From the NCBI GenBank assembly GCA_000004985.1, contig GG738858.1: a stretch of 64,000 nt of DNA. One strand, given 5' to 3'. Positions 57,182 to 64,000 of the stretch are shown piece by piece. How positions within the stretch are numbered: the first letter of the stretch is position 1; each line of letters opens with the position of its first letter. Both the position numbers and the translations under genes were made by a program. This DNA comes from Naegleria gruberi (Eukaryota). The notes under the pieces are model-generated. The model was given only the letters and a program-made list of their open reading frames with translations. It made no database searches and was not told the DNA's origin.

Positions 57182-59678
57182 ATGCAAGTTCAACCTGTAC
57201 CAGAAGAATCCGTTAGTTTATTAGAAAGCACACCAAAAAGAAGGAAAGGAGGTTGCATACCTCTACATGCATTTGTCATGATAACAATTTCTGTTTTGAT
57301 TTTGAGTGGTTGTCTTTTAGTTTGGCTTTCGTCTTTCATTGTTTCATCCTATTCGATTCAGAATTTGAATACGAATTTGATAGACGAATCTGCACAAAAG
57401 ATTAGTAGAACACTTGAAGGTTTTTTGAGTCCAGTTGGAAAGGTAATGTTGATGATTCGACTAGTTTATCTTAGTTTCTAACTGTTTATTCGAACAATTA
57501 GATAACGAGAATGATGGCTCGTGACTGGAATAAGGGAGTCGTCACAGTTTCGAATATGAGAGACTATTTACATCCAATCATTGTAGAGTTTGGCTTCACC
57601 TCAGCTGGTTTCTTTTTCAACGATACCTATTCGTATAGATATGCTTTTTCTGTTCAGGGAACTGTTAGTTCATTATTTTGGGGTAAGTTTAACTTTCGTA
57701 CGATTTATTAATGACCTTTCGAATAGTTTATGTAAGACAAGATTATGGTCAAGTAATTTCTTACAGAGATAAAGTCAATATCACCACAGGAGACGTAATC
57801 GTTCCAAACTTTATCAAAGTTGTTCCTCAAGTAGTTAACACTTTCGACTATTGGCTATTTATGGTAAACTATACCAGAGACACTGGAAGCGAAGGCGCAT
57901 TTGGCGATCCTTCTTTTGCAGCTGGTTCTGGATTTGCTCTGACCTACACTCAATGGGTCTATGATCAATTTCTCTGGAAAAACCAAACGAAAAAGAGATT
58001 TATTGGTCTAGCCAAAATCAACCTGTCACTTGACTATATAGTTCAGTATCTTTCGAGTAATATTGATTTGATTGGTGATGGTTATGTGGTTGTTACATTG
58101 AATAGTGGAATTGTAATTGGTGGTTCAATTAATACAACTGTGAATGATGGAACGACAGTTGCGAATATTTTTGACATTGAGACAAGAAAAGCGGGAAAAA
58201 CAATTAAGAAATTTTACGAAATGAATGGAAATACCTTTAAAAACTTTTCGTCGAAAAGTTTGACAGTAGAAAGTGAAGGAGTGAAATATATTGTTTCACC
58301 ATTCAAGTTTAGGTATGAAAATTTGGAGTGGAACATTTTCTTTGTTTTATACGAATCTGATGTCAATGCCCCAATGGTAATGAGTTCTTCCATAAGTGTT
58401 GGAATGACAGTTCTAATTATCATTGTCGGTTTAGTGGCAAGTTTATTGACTGGTTGGTTAGTGGCAAGTCCAATGAGATTCTTAGAGAAACAATTCGAAT
58501 TCATACGAGTCATGAAATTAGAAAATGTCAACATGACAAAATCATCCCCATTCAGAGAATTTCATTCCATTTACGGTAATTTAAATGATACAGTCATGTG
58601 GCTTAATGAAATTAAGGCTTTCATTCCAGAACATGTCTTTGCTCAGCTTAATCAAAGTGAGGAAATTTCACTTCCACCTCCAAAAGAAACCAAAAAGCAT
58701 GCAAAGAAAGAAACCGAATTTGAAGATATGAATGCAAGACAGTCACGTTCAAATTTGGGTTCAAGTCAAGTTTTAAGTTCAGGAAGTGCCGTTAGCCACT
58801 TAGCAAGAAATTCATCATTCAAATCTCCTTCCATTTTCAAGACTGGTTACTTAAAGAAGGGATGTGCCTTTGTACATGTCAAGTTGGAAGGTCTTTCCAA
58901 TAAGGATACTAATTTCATTTCTTCCTTTTTTGAGAAATTCATGTCCTCAGTGGGTCCAATTATTAAGGTACAGCAGGCAAATATTCAGTTTATTACATGT
59001 GATGAATTTGAATTCTCCATTACATCAAAGTATGTGGAGGGCAAACTACTGGAGAAGACAATCGAATGTTGTAATAAGATTGTAAAGACCATTGATCCAA
59101 ATGATAGAATTCAGGCAAGAATTGGAATTTGCTGTGGAATGGCTGAAGTTGGTAATATAGGGACCAAAACAGCAAGATTCTACTCTGTCCATGGTGATGT
59201 TCCAAATTGTGCCCGTTACTATTCTGATCTTGCATGTCAATACAATGTCAATATGATAACAGATGACAAGAATTTACCATTGGACAACTTTATCACAAGA
59301 CCACTTGATAGAATTCAAATTCCTTCAAATGTAGTATTAACTATTTATCAAATAATTGCTAAGAAAAATCAGGAAAATGACGAGTGGCTTTATGAATTGG
59401 AAAATAATAAGCTCAATGACAAGTACAATGAATATTCCAACATATTCAAATTATTCAGTATCAGTGATGATAATTATGATGTAGCTCCTCTCATTAATAG
59501 TGCGAAGGAAATACTGGATCAATACAAACTCAAAGGTTTGGACGAAAGTGATCTTTCCTTTTCCAATTTGAGAAACTTGTTGCATGTATTGAGCCAATCA
59601 CCAAAGCAGGAAGCTCTTTCAATACTACAATCTTATTCGAACACACTTGTGAAGGAAATGAAATCAAATAAATTATAA
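57182..59678 (+). CDS. Receptor-type class III nucleotidyl (adenylyl/guanylyl) cyclase-like membrane protein. Exons 57182..57442, 57502..57682, 57727..59678.
   Basis: An N-terminal TM (FVMITISVLILSGCLLVWLSSFIV), a roughly 300-aa extracellular sensor-like region, and a second TM (VGMTVLIIIVGLVASLLTGWLV). The C-terminal catalytic-domain motifs are CAFVHVKLEGLS… and RIGICCGMAEVGNIGTKTARFYSVHGDVPNCARYYSDLA, against the consensus [RK]IGIHTG.V.AGVVG…Y…GD.VN.ASR.ES. The frame is kept across the gtaatg and gtaagt introns. Confidence 0.5.
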
Positions 59679-59788
59679 ATAATACACATTCAATAAAACC
59701 ATTTCTCTTCTTTTTTCAATATCTCTGATTCAATCATGTTGTATTACAAAATCAAATACAAAGTGGATTTTACAAAGTCCTAAAAAAA

Positions 59789-61654
59789 ATGAAAAGAAAG
59801 CAATTCGATGATGAGAAACTACCCACCAGCAAGAAATTAAAAGAATGCCCACAAATAACAAGCAGTGCTGTTTCTTGTGTACTTGATGAAAGTTTCGGAT
59901 CAAATTTTCTCCACATTAAATTTACTTTAACCAGAAAATCAATAATCAAGTGGAAAACAAATATTCCCTCTGATTTTATTCCTATTGAATATTATTTTGA
60001 TAAAGAATTTGTTATGGAGGTGGTAAAGAAGGATGGATATGAACTCAGGTGTGCTTCACATGAATTGACAAATGACAGACAAGTTGTTTTGGAGGCAGTC
60101 AAGAATAATGTAAATGCTATTTGGTTTGCATCTGCAAATTTGAAAAATGACAAGGAGTTTATAAAACTTGTGCTGGAAAAAGAAATTAATCATGAGGAAT
60201 TCATATATGGATCAGTACTCGCTTGTTTGTCGAATGAATTAAGAAATGACAGAGAAATTGTTTTACAAGCAGTAAAACAACATGCGTTTGCATTGGAATT
60301 TGCCTCACGAACATTACAGAATGATTACAATCTTGTTTTGAAAGCAGTTCAACTCCATGGAAGTTCACTCACAAAAGCTTCTTTAGAGTTGAAAAACAAC
60401 AGAACAATAGTATTGGAAGCAATCAAAAGAAATGGATCAGCATTCAGATATGCCTCAAAGAAATTGAGAAATGACAGACAAGTTATTTTGGAGGCAATCA
60501 AGACCTATGATCAAACACTTTACTTTACCTCAGAAGAACTGCAGAATAATAAGGAATTTATTTTAGAAGCAGTGAAAATGAATGGCTGGATACTTAAATG
60601 TACATCAAGTGAATTGAAAAATGATGAGGAAGTTGTATTGGAAGCAGTAAGACGAAACAGACAATCACTAAAGTTTGCTTCTGGAAAATTGCAGCAAGAT
60701 ACTGATTTCGTTTTGAAAGCTATTACGCAAAATACAGAGGCACACCAACTTGACTTGGACGGTGATGCAATAATTATTGAACGACAGCATATTTTGGATG
60801 CTATTAAGAAACAAGACGGAACTGTTATTCAAACAATACCAAGTCCATTTCAAAACGACAAGGAAATTGTAATGGAAGCAGTTAAACAAAATGGGTTAGC
60901 GCTAAAATATGCCTCACATGAGCTTCAGAATGATACTGAAATAGTTTTGGAAGCTGTTAAAAGAAATAATTATGCTCTCAAATATGCCTCAATGGAATTG
61001 AGAAATAACAAACAAGTTGTCTTGGAAGCAGTTAAAAGTCACTCAAACGCGCTCAAATATGCCTCAGAAGAGCTGCAGAATGATAAGGAAATAGTTCTAG
61101 AAGCAGTTAAACAAAGTGGATATACACTCAAATATGCCTCCACCGAACTACAACACGATAAGGAATTAGTTTTAATAGCGATTCAACAGTATGGAATTAT
61201 TTGCCCAGAGGAGTTTAGTAATGATAGGGAATTTCTTTTGCAAGCTGCTAAACCAAATGGACGTTCTGTAATGGAATTTGTTTCGAATGAATTAAGAAAA
61301 GATCAACAATTTATTTTGGAGCTGGTTAAACGAAATGTATTAGAAACTCATTATCTTCCAAATGAATTTAGACATGACATGAAACTTATGTCTGAGATAG
61401 TTAGACACAATGGAGTAGCATTGAAATACAGTTCAGAAGAATTGACAATTGAAGAAAAATATATTTTGGAAGAAGAAGCAATTTTACAAAATGGATTTTG
61501 TTTGGATTTTAGTTTTGAAAAATTTTGTAAAAGGATCACACGAGAATATCCTGAATTATACTTGCCAAATTACAAGTTTAAACATTTGGGTGTTGATTTT
61601 CATGTATTGAATGCGCCATTTAGCGTTCCTAATGTAGCAAAGTTGTTCTATTAG
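59789..61654 (+). CDS. DUF4116-repeat protein (at least 13 tandem ~30-aa repeats)
   Basis: Repeats of the form EIVLEAVKQNGYALKYASEELQNDKE recur throughout, which is the DUF4116 pattern. Single exon, ATG at 59789. Confidence 0.55.
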   Translation: MKRKQFDDEKLPTSKKLKECPQITSSAVSCVLDESFGSNFLHIKFTLTRKSIIKWKTNIPSDFIPIEYYFDKEFVMEVVKKDGYELRCASHELTNDRQVVLEAVKNNVNAIWFASANLKNDKEFIKLVLEKEINHEEFIYGSVLACLSNELRNDREIVLQAVKQHAFALEFASRTLQNDYNLVLKAVQLHGSSLTKASLELKNNRTIVLEAIKRNGSAFRYASKKLRNDRQVILEAIKTYDQTLYFTSEELQNNKEFILEAVKMNGWILKCTSSELKNDEEVVLEAVRRNRQSLKFASGKLQQDTDFVLKAITQNTEAHQLDLDGDAIIIERQHILDAIKKQDGTVIQTIPSPFQNDKEIVMEAVKQNGLALKYASHELQNDTEIVLEAVKRNNYALKYASMELRNNKQVVLEAVKSHSNALKYASEELQNDKEIVLEAVKQSGYTLKYASTELQHDKELVLIAIQQYGIICPEEFSNDREFLLQAAKPNGRSVMEFVSNELRKDQQFILELVKRNVLETHYLPNEFRHDMKLMSEIVRHNGVALKYSSEELTIEEKYILEEEAILQNGFCLDFSFEKFCKRITREYPELYLPNYKFKHLGVDFHVLNAPFSVPNVAKLFY

Positions 61655-61875
61655 GCAAGGAAAGAAATAACTAATAAGGAAAATATTAAGAGTAAATTGG
61701 AAAGAGGAATCAATGAAGGAGAGTTGATACAGCAAATTGGATTTAGTGAATTCTACTGAACATAATTAGTGGACACCATCCCATCTCAATTAAATGTTCA
61801 ATGCTGTTGAATCAAAAAAACGAAAATATTTTAACGATTTAATTTTAGAATTTACAAAATCAAATTTAAAAAAAA

Positions 61876-63072
61876 ATGATGAGTTCACACTTGGAGGAGA
61901 AGAGGATTGCCTTGCTGGGGCTAGCTCCTCCTAAAAATACAGGTTTGTTTTTTTTAAAATCAACATCAATTAATCATGATGATCATAATTTTTGATAACG
62001 AATATTATTAGCGAATGAAAAACCAAAGAATGAAAAATCCACCTCTCGGAAAAGAAGTAATTCAACCAATCAAAACTCCAATGCCGGATCAACGAGTACA
62101 ACCAATACAAATTCTACCACTGCTTCATCATCATCATCGAGTAGAAAAAGAAGTGGAATGACTTCATCAAATAGTACAAATTCCTTGACAAGTGCCTCTC
62201 CTCCAACAACAACAACAACAAATACATCACAATCATCATCTTCATCTAATCAACCACAAACACAACCTCCGCAACCACAACAACAAACCTATACATCTAT
62301 CATTCAAAATAATGGTGAAAGACCTTTAACTGTAGTAATTAAAGCTCCATCTCCTTCTCCGTCAGTAATTGCTTCATCAACAATCGTTGAATCAGCATCA
62401 GTTGCCTCCTCTCAAATTCTTGCACCACCAACTATAACTAATGTTACACCATCTGTGAGTCCTTCATTGTCTCTATCTAAAATTCTACCAACCAATATTA
62501 ATATTGATAGTGAGAGCGTTGATAGTGCATCCGATGATAGCTACTTTATTGAAGATGATGAAGATGAATCATGGAGTGAAGCAAGTGATGAAGAAGAGGA
62601 AGATGAAAATTTCGATGATACTGAGGAGATTGTGATTGTGGATGATGACTTTTATGAAAAGAACTTGGAGAATATTCCAACACAAGAACAAGCACAAATT
62701 ATCCAGAAGAATATCAACTCGGACAAGGTGCAATTTTTACATACTGTGACTGTTATCCCTGTAACAACCTCTGTTCCAAGATTAAAGAGACAATTATCAT
62801 CGGGAATGAATAGAAAGAGAATTACAAAAAAGTCAATTAGTAATCCAACCATTCCGATGGAACAATTTTTCAAGAGATTGAGAGTAGAACAATTGATAAA
62901 ATACAGAAGATATCATAACATTAAAACTGTGACACCAGCTAGTAGTCGGGAGGAATTAGAAGAAGCAACAATCAACCATTTCAAAGATGAACAAGATTTC
63001 GTATCTGAAAAAGCAATTTTAAGCCAACTTTTCCATAGACTTGACACAGCTATTCCAAGTAGGCGTAAATAA
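61876..63072 (+). CDS. Hypothetical Ser/Thr/Pro-rich acidic protein with a C-terminal SAP-like helix-turn-helix motif. Exons 61876..61942 and 62012..63072.
   Basis: The 5' exon MMSSHLEEKRIALLGLAPPKNT has a gtttgt donor, and the ttag acceptor joins in frame into the long ORF. The C-terminal segment FFKRLRVEQLIKYRRYHNIKTVTPASSREELEEATINHF resembles a SAP motif. Confidence 0.4.
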
Positions 63073-63103
63073 AATTGGACTGTACATTTAATAAAAACCT
63101 AGA

Positions 63104-64000
<897 letters not shown>

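Overview
This is a compact, AT-rich eukaryotic nuclear region of about 33-35% GC, not a prokaryotic one. It contains spliceosomal introns with gtaagt/gtatgt/gtgagt donors and AG acceptors, mostly short (about 40-170 nt) and often close to the 5' end of the gene. It has two Pol III tRNA genes, many Ser/Thr/Asn/Gln-rich low-complexity proteins, and roughly one gene per 2 kb on both strands. The gene content points to a free-living unicellular eukaryote, with a Naegleria-like heterolobosean or an amoebozoan as the best guess. That content is RWP-RK, DUF4116 repeats, many F-box/RI-type LRR proteins, a receptor-type class III cyclase and a CFAP97-like ciliary protein. I cannot assign the lineage with certainty. 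The six-frame ORF track begins many ORFs at TTG or GTG, so I re-derived start codons and exon structures by eye. Recognisable genes are a CLC channel, PYROXD2-like oxidoreductase, U2AF35, a Ulp1-like peptidase, an AAG-like DNA glycosylase with an N-terminal PIP box, an MRH-domain receptor, an MFS transporter, an NHL-repeat protein, an extended SDR epimerase, a PRMT, an RWP-RK transcription factor, BUD13, ALG9, a CFAP97-like protein, an RGS protein, a C2 plus ConA-like protein, a receptor-type nucleotidyl cyclase, a DUF4116 repeat protein and a DEAH-box helicase. The centrepiece is an 11.3-kb minus-strand gene for a roughly 3,700-aa predicted type II membrane adhesin-like protein. It has dozens of cadherin-like/bacterial-Ig-like tandem repeats, an embedded DUF3494 ice-binding-like beta-helix, a VWA domain and a C-terminal C-type lectin domain. 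This architecture resembles bacterial giant adhesins. Two unusual F-box–small-GTPase fusion genes were also noted, one using a 10-nt micro-exon. A candidate MITE-like 23-bp inverted-repeat pair sits in a promoter, and two convergent gene pairs have stop codons only 1 nt apart.
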